Source: Candidatus Bathyarchaeota archaeon (GTDB taxonomy: Archaea > Thermoproteota > Bathyarchaeia > Bathyarchaeales > Bathycorpusculaceae). Taken from it: a stretch of DNA of 64,000 nt. The stretch covers positions 96,001 to 160,000 of the forward strand of contig OY970176.1 of the NCBI GenBank assembly GCA_963707955.1, in the 5' to 3' direction. Below the pieces are notes generated by a model, which worked only from the letters and a program-made list of their open reading frames with translations, had not been told where the DNA came from and did not search any database. Position numbers and translations under genes: made by a program. Positions 52,572 through 62,727 of this stretch are shown here, piece by piece (within the stretch, counting starts at the first letter, position 1; each line of letters begins with the position of its first letter).

Positions 52572-52620
52572 TAGCGATTCAAAATAGCCGAGAAAAGCAC
52601 GAAGAACGATTGAAGGTGAA

Positions 52621-52952
52621 AAACAGACTTTTGTGAAAGTTGTGGAAACGTCTGAGATCCCTCTGGGACAAATGAAGGACTTCAAGTTCGTGTAAAAACA
52701 GATTTTGATTTCGAACGTAAAAGGTATTTATTACGTCGTCGGAAACATTTGCACACACAGGAATGGGGAACTATCAAAAGGAACACTTGAGGGAGACATG
52801 GTAACGTGCCCCAATCACAAAGCAAAATTCGACGTCACAACGGCAAAGTGGTCTCAGGCCCAAGGGTTCTCCTCATGCACCCAAAAATCAAAGACGAGCC
52901 TACTTACGCGGTGAAAGTTGAAGGAAAAGACATCCTACTGGAACACGACTAG
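52621..52952 (+). pseudogene. Rieske ferredoxin paralog pseudogene
   Basis: FVKVVETSEIPLG, in-frame TAA at 52693-52695, CTH...CPNH, frameshift near 52841, then KVVSGP...PTYAVKVEG. Confidence 0.85.
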
Positions 52953-53144
52953 TTTTTTGTCTTGGTAAAGCGAACGGAACTGAAGTCAAAAGACCTGATT
53001 TGCAGCACTTTCATCTGCCCTCAAGATTTGGACGTCAAGTCAGCAGACTACCATAGCGCGGATCGCGTATTCCAGAATTCTCTTGGGAAGTAGCTTGTGC
53101 TACTCATTTTGCTCATCAACCATATTTGGACCATATAGGATACC

Positions 53145-53470
53145 CGGAGGGGAGGGCGTGAGCAAGCAAGCACCCACTCGAGCCCTAACGGTAGTCGTCA
53201 GAAAACGTCATGCCTGTCTCCTGAACAGAATTTAGGAATAAGCATGCGTGCGAAACGGCCACCAATGTCTGCGTAGCGGTCAAGGCCGACGCAAATCCGG
53301 TCTAATTCTGGGAGAACAGCAGGCTCACCGTGGCACTGAACGAGCAGAGAATCAGCATCATTTGGACAACAAGCCATCCGCCAAAACACGTATTAGATCA
53401 TGTGAGCAATCTGCCTCTTAAGCCAGGTGATATCTCGGCTCTTGCGCTTCAAGGTCAACGGAGGCAAAGG
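53145..53470 (+). ncRNA. Candidate structured cis-regulatory leader of mgtA
   Basis: Nested helices and a TGCCTC/GAGGCA stem covering the GGAGG RBS; no known family recognised. Confidence 0.4.
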
Positions 53471-53472
53471 TC

Positions 53473-56121
53473 ATGGAAGTTGCGGGTGCATCCAAAAAGA
53501 AGGAAACGAAGAAGACACCGAGCCGGTCTCAATCAACCAGCCTAGATGAGATTCTGGCCTTGCCCGCCGAAGACGTTCTTGCAAGGTTGGGCACTTCTCC
53601 GTCAGGCCTGACCTCTCAAGAGGCAAGAAGCCGCCTTCAAACGTACGGCCCTAACGAACTTGCTCGGAGAAGAAAACGTACTGGCGCCATCGAGTTCTTC
53701 TACCACCTCAGGAATCCGCTTGTATTCATACTGCTTCTTGCCGGTGTGATCTCAATTCCTATTGGACAGATAACAGATGCCATAATCATATTCATAATAG
53801 TGCTCTTTAGTGTGGTTCTTGATGTCTATCAAGAGTCCAAGGCTGAAAAGTCCGCTGAGATGCTGCAGAAAAGGGTGGTCACAACCGCAACGGTCCTTAG
53901 AGACTCTGTCAAGACTGAAGTGAGGCTTTCCGAGGTAGTTCCAGGCGACATAGTCTATCTTTCTGCCGGAGATGTCGTGCCGGGTGACTCGAGGTTGATA
54001 AGCCTGAAGGACCTGTACGTGGACCAGTCAGGATTGACAGGCGAGTCGTTCCCAGCGGAAAAAGCGGTGGCAGCACCGGCAACGCCTAAGGGTGCAACGA
54101 TCACCGAAGCAGATAACCTCGTGTTCCTAGGAACCTCGATCGTAAGCGGAACTGCAACCGCGGTTGTAGTGAGAACCGGGGGCTCAACCGAGTACGGAAA
54201 AATCGCAAAAGAGCTCGTTGCAAGAGCACCTGAAACGGAATTCGAAAGAGGGCTTAGGAGATTCGGTTTTCTCATAATGGAAGTCGCCTTGGTTCTCGTC
54301 ATATTCATTTTCTTCGTAAACGTCTTCCTCAAACCAGTGTTTTTGGGCGCGCTCGGCCAATCAGACGTTCTAACATCCCTTCTATTCGCCGTGGCCATTG
54401 CAGTAGGGCTGACGCCTGAACTTTTGCCCATGATAGTTTCGGTGAACCTTTCAAAGGGAGCCCTCGAAATGTCGAAGAAGGACGTCATAGTCAAGCGTCT
54501 GGCGTCCATTCAGAATTTCGGGAACATGGATGTCTTATGCACTGACAAGACAGGTACGCTAACGCAGAACATGATTACGCTTACTCTGCACGTTGATATG
54601 GAAGGAAGAGACGATGAAAAAGTGCTGTTGTATGCCTTCGTTAACAGCTACTATGAAACGGGGCTGAAGAGCCCTCTTGACGATGCTATACTTCGGTACA
54701 AGCAATTGGATGTGAAGAACTTCGACAAAGTGGACGAAGTGCCATTCGATTTCATAAGAAGGCGTGTCTCCATCGTTGTCGAACATGAAAACGCGCGATT
54801 AATGATCACTAAGGGAGCCCTTGAAGAAATTGCCGATGTGTGTACGAAGTTTGAATTTGGAAACGAGATAACTCCCTTGACAAGTGAAGAGCAGAAGAGA
54901 ATGAAGGACAACTATAACAAGTTAAGCTCACAGGGGTTCAGAGTTATCGGAGTCTCCTACAAATGGGTCGAAGAAAAATCAACCTATTCCGTGAATGATG
55001 AGACGAACATGATTTTCTTGGGCTTTGCAGCTTTTATGGACCCACCTAAAGAGAGTTCTAGAGAATCGCTACAGCTCTTAAAAGAAGCTGGAATAGAGTT
55101 GAAGATTCTTACCGGTGATAATGAGCTAGTCACCAAGAAAGTCTGTGAACAGCTCGGATTCGAGATCAAAGGGGTTGTTCTCGGAAACGATGTTGCTAAG
55201 GTTCAAGATCATGCTCTTGCAAGAATTGTGGAAGGAGCCAACGTCTTTGCAAGGGTTAGCCCAGCCCAAAAGGATAGAATCATGAGCGCTTTGAAAAGGA
55301 ATGGACACGTCGTTGGTTTTCTCGGAGACGGAATAAACGATGCAACGTCAATGCATACAGCAGACGTTGGGATATCCGTTGAGAACGCCGTTGACGTTGC
55401 CAAGGAGTCAGCTGACATCATATTGCTGCACAAAGACCTGACGGTGTTGGGTGCGGGGGTTCTTGAAGGTAGAAAGACTTTCGGTAACACGATGAAGTAC
55501 ATTTTGATGGCCATTAGCTCGAATTTCGGAAACATGTTCAGCGCCGCTGGAGCATCCATGTTCCTGACATTCTACCCAATGCTTCCAACACAAATACTTC
55601 TTAACAACATGCTGTACGACGTGTCCGAGGTGACCATCCCAACAGACAACGTCGACAAAGAATACATCCAAAAACCAAAGAGACTAGATACTACTTATAT
55701 AAGGAATTTCATGCTTTTCTTCGGACCGATAAGCTCGATCTTCGACTTCTTAACATTCCTCATCATGTTTCAAGTTTTCAGCATGTACACTCCAAACTAT
55801 TTCCATTCGCTGTTTCAGACGGCCTGGTTCATCGAGTCCTTGTGCACGCAGACGCTAGTCATATTTGCAATAAGAACAAGGAAGTCACCCTTCTACAGAA
55901 GCAAACCGAGCAAGCCTTTATTGGTGACAAGCATAGCGATCGTCGGCGTAGCTCTAGTCTTGCCTTTCACACCATTAGGTGGCCTGTTTGGATTTGTCGC
56001 ACCTCCGCTCAAGTTCTTCCCGTTCCTAGCAGCTTTCATCGTGGCCTACTTAACACTAGTGGAGTCTCTGAAAAGGGTGTTCTACAGGCGGTACGCCCAA
56101 CGCCTAGAGCATTACGCGTAA
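53473..56121 (+). CDS. mgtA: Magnesium-translocating P-type ATPase
   Basis: TGES, AVGLTPELLP, DKTGT, PFDFIRRR, GDGIND, SSNFGN, NNMLYD. Confidence 0.95.
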   Translation: MEVAGASKKKETKKTPSRSQSTSLDEILALPAEDVLARLGTSPSGLTSQEARSRLQTYGPNELARRRKRTGAIEFFYHLRNPLVFILLLAGVISIPIGQITDAIIIFIIVLFSVVLDVYQESKAEKSAEMLQKRVVTTATVLRDSVKTEVRLSEVVPGDIVYLSAGDVVPGDSRLISLKDLYVDQSGLTGESFPAEKAVAAPATPKGATITEADNLVFLGTSIVSGTATAVVVRTGGSTEYGKIAKELVARAPETEFERGLRRFGFLIMEVALVLVIFIFFVNVFLKPVFLGALGQSDVLTSLLFAVAIAVGLTPELLPMIVSVNLSKGALEMSKKDVIVKRLASIQNFGNMDVLCTDKTGTLTQNMITLTLHVDMEGRDDEKVLLYAFVNSYYETGLKSPLDDAILRYKQLDVKNFDKVDEVPFDFIRRRVSIVVEHENARLMITKGALEEIADVCTKFEFGNEITPLTSEEQKRMKDNYNKLSSQGFRVIGVSYKWVEEKSTYSVNDETNMIFLGFAAFMDPPKESSRESLQLLKEAGIELKILTGDNELVTKKVCEQLGFEIKGVVLGNDVAKVQDHALARIVEGANVFARVSPAQKDRIMSALKRNGHVVGFLGDGINDATSMHTADVGISVENAVDVAKESADIILLHKDLTVLGAGVLEGRKTFGNTMKYILMAISSNFGNMFSAAGASMFLTFYPMLPTQILLNNMLYDVSEVTIPTDNVDKEYIQKPKRLDTTYIRNFMLFFGPISSIFDFLTFLIMFQVFSMYTPNYFHSLFQTAWFIESLCTQTLVIFAIRTRKSPFYRSKPSKPLLVTSIAIVGVALVLPFTPLGGLFGFVAPPLKFFPFLAAFIVAYLTLVESLKRVFYRRYAQRLEHYA

Positions 56122-56414
56122 CAGTCCTAGGCCAAACGGAAGTCGTGTTGCCATGCTTCACGGCGCTCACGTTCCCTTCCTTGGCTTCGAAAAAGCGGAG
56201 ATTGAGCGCACAAGAAAAACCTATTCCAGTGTGTAGTTGACGCGTCACCAAGAAACAAGGGATATGCTTCTGTATAAGTATTAACCGTGAAGAAACATGC
56301 GGAATCAGTCACGAATGTATTTTGAGCTCGGAATCCCCGTGCTGACATGCCTTTCCAAGAAAGAGTCAGCATTACCATTGGAAACCTATAAATTCTTAAC
56401 GATAAGGAATAGGC

Positions 56415-56606
56415 GTGGTGAACGACAGGATAAAAGAATACTTGACTGCAGGGATTGCGCTAATAATCATCTCTCTAGGCAATTTCGCTTACATCGTGGT
56501 CCGGGTGTTATCGTATCCTGAAAGCGCGACCAACTTCAGACAGTCTCTTCTATGGTTGCTGCTTCAGTTTTCAGCTTCCTTGCTATGCGCTGTTCTCGGC
56601 GGATAA
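56415..56606 (+). CDS. Small two-TM membrane protein
   Basis: 63 aa, two hydrophobic segments, upstream TATAAA. Confidence 0.45.
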   Translation: MVNDRIKEYLTAGIALIIISLGNFAYIVVRVLSYPESATNFRQSLLWLLLQFSASLLCAVLGG

Positions 56607-56659
56607 CTTCTTGCTATTCATACGGAAAGGCAAAAAGCCTCAAGTCAATCGCCATTGTC

Positions 56660-56986
56660 CTAGGATTGCTCTGTCCAAGAGTACGAGCACTTTGTGCATC
56701 TGAAATGCTCCAATGTTCTTTCTCGCGCGATACCCGCGTGCTCGCCAAGAATTCCGGAGGACGAGCGGAACGCTTCCTTGTTTCCACATCTTGGACATCG
56801 ACGGGAAACCTTTGAATAGCCGCCTCCTGAGGGTCCGGACACATAAATGTACCCAGAATCATTTCTTTTCTTTTGCTTCCCCAGCGGCGTTTCAGACTTC
56901 GCGGGAATTACGATTCGGCACTTTGGACACAGAAAGCCTTCCTTTGTTCTGGTCATGCGGGAGCCGCATTTATCACAAAACTCCAT
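56660..56986 (-). CDS. TFS/RpoM-like double zinc ribbon protein lacking the catalytic DE hairpin
   Basis: MEFCDKCG...CPKC; CPRCGN.EA...FRCTKC..SW. Confidence 0.85.
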   Translation of the reverse strand: MEFCDKCGSRMTRTKEGFLCPKCRIVIPAKSETPLGKQKKRNDSGYIYVSGPSGGGYSKVSRRCPRCGNKEAFRSSSGILGEHAGIARERTLEHFRCTKCSYSWTEQS

Positions 56987-57080
56987 GATCATCCACGCAG
57001 TTGTTTCCAAAGAATAATGATAAAGGTTCCTTCAATACCTTTCTGATAGCGTGCGCTAACATGTGTGTTTAGTTGCGTTT

Positions 57081-57578
57081 CTAGGGAACCTTTTCAAAGG
57101 CCGATTTGGATGCGCCGCAGATTGGGCATGTCTCGGGCGGTTCGCGTTCGGAGATGTGGCCGCAGACCGTGCAGACATAGTAATCTGTAGAGCGCTGTGC
57201 TATCAAGTGGCTCAGAGCTCTTTTGTACAGGCTAGCATGCTCCGCCTCGACGTCCCGGGCCTGCGAGAAAACTGAAACGGCTGCCTCTTCACCTTCCTGT
57301 TCGGCTTCTTGGAGCATCCTCAGGTAGTAGACTCCGTTCACTGCGTTCTCTGATTGGAATGCTCTCTCCAGATTGGTCTGCGTGTCTGCAACGGACTCCA
57401 GCAAAGCGAAATGCCTGCGCGCATGGACGCCTTCAGCCGCAGCGACAGCCCTGAACAAGTGAGCTATCTGCGGTAACTCTTCCATTTCTGCTTTTTTTGC
57501 GAACATCAAAAGCCTTTGATAGGCCTTGGCTTCGCCGACGAAAGCCTCATGAACATTGTTTGAGGTTCTCTCTTTCAC
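57081..57578 (-). CDS. Rubrerythrin
   Basis: AFVGE, AEGVHA, VEAEHA, CTVCG...CPICG; GTG after GGAGGA. Confidence 0.93.
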   Translation of the reverse strand: MKERTSNNVHEAFVGEAKAYQRLLMFAKKAEMEELPQIAHLFRAVAAAEGVHARRHFALLESVADTQTNLERAFQSENAVNGVYYLRMLQEAEQEGEEAAVSVFSQARDVEAEHASLYKRALSHLIAQRSTDYYVCTVCGHISEREPPETCPICGASKSAFEKVP

Positions 57579-57892
57579 GAGTAATCCTCCTTCTAATAGA
57601 TTGTTTTCCACGGGATAAGTTTTTGCACACCACTGCAGTGTGTGCACAGAGAATATGGCTAGCCGTTTTTGGGGCTGAGGCTGCCAACATGAAGAGTCCC
57701 GAAGAATAACCGAGAATGTTTTGTTTGAGAAACTGCTAGTCATTGGTCTTCAGGCCATTGTTGTCTAACGTCAGTCACGTATACAAGAAATCGGGCTTCT
57801 GAGTCTTAGCAGTTTTCAAAGAGAACGACTTTTTAAAAAGGCAACTTTGGGACGAGTGCAGAGTGGCGAAATTTGCCAAATTGCGAATTGTG

Positions 57893-58099
57893 TTAGTCGT
57901 ACTTTTTCAGTTTTATCATTTTCCTATAGTTTCTCAGGTCTGCGGCCACTTTCTTCAGCATGTATAGTTCTTCCATCGTGTTGTGGAAACTAGTGAATTC
58001 TTCGTGGATTTTTTGTACGACTGCGCTGTTTTGGTCCATGGCTTTGGTCTCCGCGGTTTGTGGTGCGCTGAGGGTTTTCATCGTTTTTTGGCTAACCAC
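57893..58099 (-). CDS. Small hypothetical protein
   Basis: 68-aa amphipathic ORF in an otherwise empty gap. Confidence 0.45.
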   Translation of the reverse strand: MVSQKTMKTLSAPQTAETKAMDQNSAVVQKIHEEFTSFHNTMEELYMLKKVAADLRNYRKMIKLKKYD

Positions 58100-58276
58100 T
58101 CAGCCATTTTCCGTCACTGAGGAGAAAGGAGAAGGCTTCGAGAACGGAAAAAAACCGTTTTGGCTTTCGTGGTTAGCCTTCAACCTTGAACCTCCAGCAC
58201 ATCGTAAGACTTAAGAGTTGAGTCCTCTATAAAAACCTTGTTTAGTTAGAAAACATATGCCAATTTGAAAATGATG

Positions 58277-58831
58277 CTAGCCTATGGCCAAAATGCCTTC
58301 TAAAATCTTCTTTTCTGGAACGTCCAGCTGTTTCGACAGCCATGCTTTCAACATTGATGCTTCCTTAGGAAGCTGGCCGCTGTACGTGATGACCTGGTTA
58401 TCCTTTACTGCGTCTACTTGGAACGCTTTCTCTGCCTCTCGGTACATGAAAGACAATGTATGAGCCTGAGTAGCCATCGTCTGAAAGTCTTCCCACAGCT
58501 TGCATCGAAGAATCACCGGAGGCCCTCGGGTTTCTTTAACCTGCACGTTTTCGCTTTTTGTTCTTTCCAAGAGTTGCGGCGCGCCTGGCTGTGACTCTTG
58601 TGACGCAGAAAGGTAAGTGATGAGGTTTGTTATTTCGTTCTGCAACGTGGTCAATCGCTCCTCGACTTTTTCGACTTTTCCGCTAAGTTCGCCTGTGTCG
58701 CCCATCCTTTCTGTCACGTTGCCCAGTTCGTTGATCAGCCTGTCCAAGTCCTTTTCGTGCTCCTTGAGAACGTTGACAATGAAGTCAAGGGCTTCTAGGG
58801 CTTCATCCTTCGATGGAATCTTCTTCGACAT
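58277..58831 (-). CDS. Hypothetical coiled-coil protein
   Basis: EALDFIVNVLKEHEKDLD coiled coil plus globular C-terminus. Confidence 0.7.
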   Translation of the reverse strand: MSKKIPSKDEALEALDFIVNVLKEHEKDLDRLINELGNVTERMGDTGELSGKVEKVEERLTTLQNEITNLITYLSASQESQPGAPQLLERTKSENVQVKETRGPPVILRCKLWEDFQTMATQAHTLSFMYREAEKAFQVDAVKDNQVITYSGQLPKEASMLKAWLSKQLDVPEKKILEGILAIG

Positions 58832-59037
58832 CGCTGTTTCTCCGCTGTTTGGTCATCCTATTACACACCATGCTTTGTAAATAAACTTAGCGAATCCTCA
58901 AAATGTATCGTTGTGAAGAGCTACCTATCCTTATTAACAATAATGTGCAGCAGGTTGTGCTGAATGGAAGATCCCCCTGGAGAGAGTTAAAATATCGGTT
59001 TCTAGAGTCACTTAGGTGCTCGCTGGAAGGCGTATTC

Positions 59038-60459
59038 ATGCACGACACGTTGAACTTCTCTGGAAAAGAGGCCGTCCTCAAGTTCATCTTAGAAAACAAC
59101 ATAAAGATACTGAACCTATGCCACATTCCCGAGGAGGGGAGGCTGAAGACCCTTAGCTTTTCCACTGCAAATAAGGACAGGGTTCATGACATATTGGAGT
59201 TCGGCGAAAGGGTTGATGGCTCAAGCTTGTTTTCGTTTATTGACCCTGCGAAGAGTGACATTTACATATCGCCTCGTCTGGGCAAAGCTTTTGCAAACCC
59301 TTTTGCGACACTGCCAACGTTGAACATTTTGTGCGAGTATTTGGATGAGAATGGGAAACCGTTGAACATTGCTCCCGAAAACGTATTGGCTAAGGCCGAA
59401 GAAAAGCTTCGGTCTTCGAGCGGTATTGCCTTAAAAGCTTTGGCTGAGCTTGAATTTTACATAATTGCTGAAAGACAGACTGAAATGCTATTTCCAGGTG
59501 CACCAGACAAGAATTATCATGAATCCTCCCCCTTCGCAAGGTTTGAAGACATTCGAAACGAAGTCTTGGCCACGCTAGATGTCATTGGAGTACCGACTAA
59601 GTACGGGCATGGTGAAGTTGGCCGCGCAGTGGAAAGTGACGGCAAGATTTTGGAGCAGCATGAAATCGAGTTCGCACCGGAGAACCTCTCAGACATGGCT
59701 GACACGATAGCAGTGTCAAAGTGGGTTATCCGAAATGTCTGCCTGAGACACGGTGTGTCTGTCTCGTTTGTTCCAAAGATTGACTTGAACCATGCGGGAA
59801 GTGGAATGCACGTTCACATGTGCGCGCTGAAGGATGGGAAAAACATCGTTGTCAACCATGAAGGAGACGTCAGCATCGAAGCCCTGAGCATGATTGGTGG
59901 ACTGTTGAAGTTCGCTCCAAGCCTCGCAGCCTTCGGAAACCCAACCCCAGTATCGTACTTGCGCCTTATTGCGCGCAGTGAATCGCCCATGCACATCTGC
60001 TGGAGTGCGAGAAACCGTCTCGCCCTGATCCGGATACCTCTCTGGTGGAAGTTCAAGCAAAAAATCGGCAAGACTGAAAGTTGCCGAGAGACCTTCGAAT
60101 ACAGGGCTCCCGACGCCTTCGCTAATGCTCACCTGCTCTTTGCAGGATTAGCCATAGCCGCAAACTACGGGTTGGAAAACTCTAAGGAATCGCTGAAGAT
60201 CGCCGAAGACTTGCATGCAGACCCTGCGCGTCATGAAGAGAAGCGATTCCGGGTTTTGCCTCGCTCGTGTGCCGAGGCTGCAAAGAACCTTGCGAAAAAC
60301 AGAAAGTACTACGAAGCTAGTGGAGTCTTTCCGCGACCGCTGATTGACAAGACAATTTCAAAGCTGAACAGCTACAAGGATGGAAACCTGTGGAAGGAAC
60401 TTTCCAACAAACCAGAGGCAATGCAGAAGGCGCTATCGCAGTATTTACAATACGGCTAG
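59038..60459 (+). CDS. Glutamine synthetase type I family protein
   Basis: DGSS, ELEFY, HGEVG, QHEIE, GSGMHVH, NRLALIRIP, EYRAPD. Confidence 0.9.
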   Translation: MHDTLNFSGKEAVLKFILENNIKILNLCHIPEEGRLKTLSFSTANKDRVHDILEFGERVDGSSLFSFIDPAKSDIYISPRLGKAFANPFATLPTLNILCEYLDENGKPLNIAPENVLAKAEEKLRSSSGIALKALAELEFYIIAERQTEMLFPGAPDKNYHESSPFARFEDIRNEVLATLDVIGVPTKYGHGEVGRAVESDGKILEQHEIEFAPENLSDMADTIAVSKWVIRNVCLRHGVSVSFVPKIDLNHAGSGMHVHMCALKDGKNIVVNHEGDVSIEALSMIGGLLKFAPSLAAFGNPTPVSYLRLIARSESPMHICWSARNRLALIRIPLWWKFKQKIGKTESCRETFEYRAPDAFANAHLLFAGLAIAANYGLENSKESLKIAEDLHADPARHEEKRFRVLPRSCAEAAKNLAKNRKYYEASGVFPRPLIDKTISKLNSYKDGNLWKELSNKPEAMQKALSQYLQYG

Positions 60460-60553
60460 TTGTGCTGGCACCGTTAAGAAATGCTTATATTTTAACTAAT
60501 AAGACAAGAAACTTTATATCCTTCACTGACACATGTCTTATTCGTGAACAAAC

Positions 60554-61663
60554 ATGGAAAACTTGTCTAACGTCCAGACGTGGATAATGAAATGTTGCGG
60601 ACCACGATCACAAGAGACGTATCGGAAAGAGATTCGGAATTTCAGAAACTTTATACTCGCGCGCGGCGTTGACGTTGAAACTCTCAAAGACGAATACAGA
60701 AAAGCCAAGTACGCGGGCGAGATGGAGAAAGAGAAGTTTCTCGACCAAATACACGATCTTGTTGAAGTCTACGGTTGCCACATCAAAACCCTCGCGTACT
60801 CTTCGATGCATGAGGCACTAATCTTAAGCGTGATCCGCAGTTATCTAGTGAAAGGATGCGGCATGAAAGACGTTGAAGTGACACTGCCTAAACATGTTTT
60901 CGTCAAGTACCATAACAGAGACCTGAAGAAAGAGGATATTCGGAAAATCGTTGACCACGCGACATTGAGAGACAGAACCTTTTTCCTGATGATGGCCGAA
61001 AGTGGCATGAGACCTGAGACTCTTTGTGAACTCAGTTACGCCGACATTAAAGAAGAATTTGAAAGTGGCAAAGTGCCTATGAAAGTTGAGTTGCCTAGTC
61101 TCATTTTGAAAGACAATCCGAGCGCGCGATTCACTTTCATCGGCGAAGACAGTCTGCATTTTCTCAAGGAATACCTCGCGGGAAAGAAACTGTCAGACAA
61201 GGACTTGATTTTTTCGGCGATACGGCCAGCGAGTTTAACTGCAAACTTGCGCCCGAGCGCGTTTAGTAGTAGTTTCGGGAGGATCGCAACGCAGACAGGA
61301 CTAGCTGAAAGAGGCAAGAAAGGCGAACGGAAAGCGCCAAGACCGATTAGACTTTATGGGTTTCGGAAATATTTCAACAACAATATGAGGACAGATCGCG
61401 CTTACGTCGAGTTTTGGCTCGGACACACCGACGCAAAGCAACACTATGTCAGCAACGACGTTGAGGAACATCGGAAACGGTATTCCGAAGGTTATCCGTT
61501 CTTGAGGGTGTATGAGTCCGTCATTGACAACGCGTCAATCATTGAGGATCAGAAGAAGAAGATCAACAAGTTAGAAGAGCTGATTGTTGACATATCGAAA
61601 CAAATAGTAGAACAACAGAAACAGATTGACAGACTCGCGGAACTCGATGAGAAGAAAACCTGA
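60554..61663 (+). CDS. Tyrosine recombinase/integrase
   Basis: SGMR, LYGFR (Y at the usual H), WLGH, QHY; C-terminal coiled coil. Confidence 0.9.
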   Translation: MENLSNVQTWIMKCCGPRSQETYRKEIRNFRNFILARGVDVETLKDEYRKAKYAGEMEKEKFLDQIHDLVEVYGCHIKTLAYSSMHEALILSVIRSYLVKGCGMKDVEVTLPKHVFVKYHNRDLKKEDIRKIVDHATLRDRTFFLMMAESGMRPETLCELSYADIKEEFESGKVPMKVELPSLILKDNPSARFTFIGEDSLHFLKEYLAGKKLSDKDLIFSAIRPASLTANLRPSAFSSSFGRIATQTGLAERGKKGERKAPRPIRLYGFRKYFNNNMRTDRAYVEFWLGHTDAKQHYVSNDVEEHRKRYSEGYPFLRVYESVIDNASIIEDQKKKINKLEELIVDISKQIVEQQKQIDRLAELDEKKT

Positions 61664-61691
61664 ACGGCTCAACCTTCCCTTTTCTTTCTAA

Positions 61692-62210
61692 TCAAGACTC
61701 ATTGAGTAAACTAGAAAACTCGGCGAGCAGAATCCGAACGACGTTATTTTTCAGAAGTGCGTGTCGTTGTCTCGCGCGTCCTATGGGGCTGAAAGGCGGA
61801 AAACGTTTCAGTTCTCCCGCTAAGAATGTTTCCGCCGCCTTCACAAACATGTTGAACTTCCCCCTAGACGGTTCTGGAAACATCTGACCCGCATAGACGA
61901 GTAACTCGTAAGACTTCTCAGGATCGCCGTAAACAAGTTCGGCTGTGACTTCCCGAGCCACACTCAACAATTCTGCTCGCAAGTCGTTCTGAATCAAAGC
62001 TGATGGTTCTGTTTCATGGTTTGACTCTGAGACTTCGCTCTTCTTAGGCTTGAACGATTCTTCCAAACATCTGTCAAGTTGCCTCAGTTTAGTCGAATCT
62101 TTCGTTAGGTTATTCTCAAGTCGAATCAGTTTTCTAAGAAGGTCTCTGTCCAAATCAGGGTACTTGAGTCTGTATTTTTCAACGAGTTGAGAGACAGTTG
62201 TGTCGCGCAT
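61692..62210 (-). CDS. Hypothetical protein of the integrated element
   Basis: 172-aa helical ORF divergent from abrB-like gene. Confidence 0.6.
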   Translation of the reverse strand: MRDTTVSQLVEKYRLKYPDLDRDLLRKLIRLENNLTKDSTKLRQLDRCLEESFKPKKSEVSESNHETEPSALIQNDLRAELLSVAREVTAELVYGDPEKSYELLVYAGQMFPEPSRGKFNMFVKAAETFLAGELKRFPPFSPIGRARQRHALLKNNVVRILLAEFSSLLNES

Positions 62211-62312
62211 ACTGACATTTCTCCAACGATTTTCCGTGAAGTCAGAGACATTTTAATGTCGGTGAACGGTGATATAAACGTTCGTACATATCACTGTCTT
62301 GGTGAACAAAAA

Positions 62313-62498
62313 ATGCCGTCTGAAGAAATTCACAAAGTCATCCGACTTGGCCATTCTCTTGTTGTTGTGCTTCCGAAACCTTGGACTACATATTTCAAGT
62401 TAACCGACAAAGACAAAGTCCGCGTCATCTGCAACGGTTCTGTTCAAATCAGCATTATGAAACCTCAACCCAACGAGGAGAGTGCGCCACATGACTGA
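62313..62498 (+). CDS. AbrB/MazE/SpoVT family DNA-binding protein
   Basis: KVIRLGHSLVVVLPKPW...L...DKV; GGTGA RBS. Confidence 0.85.
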   Translation: MPSEEIHKVIRLGHSLVVVLPKPWTTYFKLTDKDKVRVICNGSVQISIMKPQPNEESAPHD

Positions 62499-62589
62499 AG
62501 ACTCAACCGAACGACGTGAGATCATTAAACGCCTTCAAGACTCCACGAAAGAACTGCTCGCGAAAATTGACAAGATTCTGACCGAGTGA
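62491..62589 (+). CDS. 32-aa helical micro-protein
   Basis: MTEDSTERREIIKRLQDSTKELLAKIDKILTE; GAGGAG RBS, overlaps abrB stop. Confidence 0.55.
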   Translation: MTEDSTERREIIKRLQDSTKELLAKIDKILTE

Positions 62590-62607
62590 GTACACGGCGG
62601 CGGAATC

Positions 62608-62727
62608 ATGGGCGAATCTCTTGAGGGATGTATTGGTTTCTACGGACATCCGTTGCCGCCGAACAAGTGCAAGACGTGCCGCGAACGCGACTTATGTAGA
62701 CGTACGACAAAGGCGGCGAGAAAATGA
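62608..62727 (+). CDS. 39-aa four-cysteine micro-protein
   Basis: MGESLEGCIGFYGHPLPPNKCKTCRERDLCRRTTKAARK; ATGA overlap with primase. Confidence 0.6.
   Translation: MGESLEGCIGFYGHPLPPNKCKTCRERDLCRRTTKAARK

Noticed and set aside
53145-53470. RNase P, SRP RNA or M-box assignment for the structured region
   Set aside because: Lacks GAGGAAAGTCC, the SRP helix 8 motif and the M-box consensus
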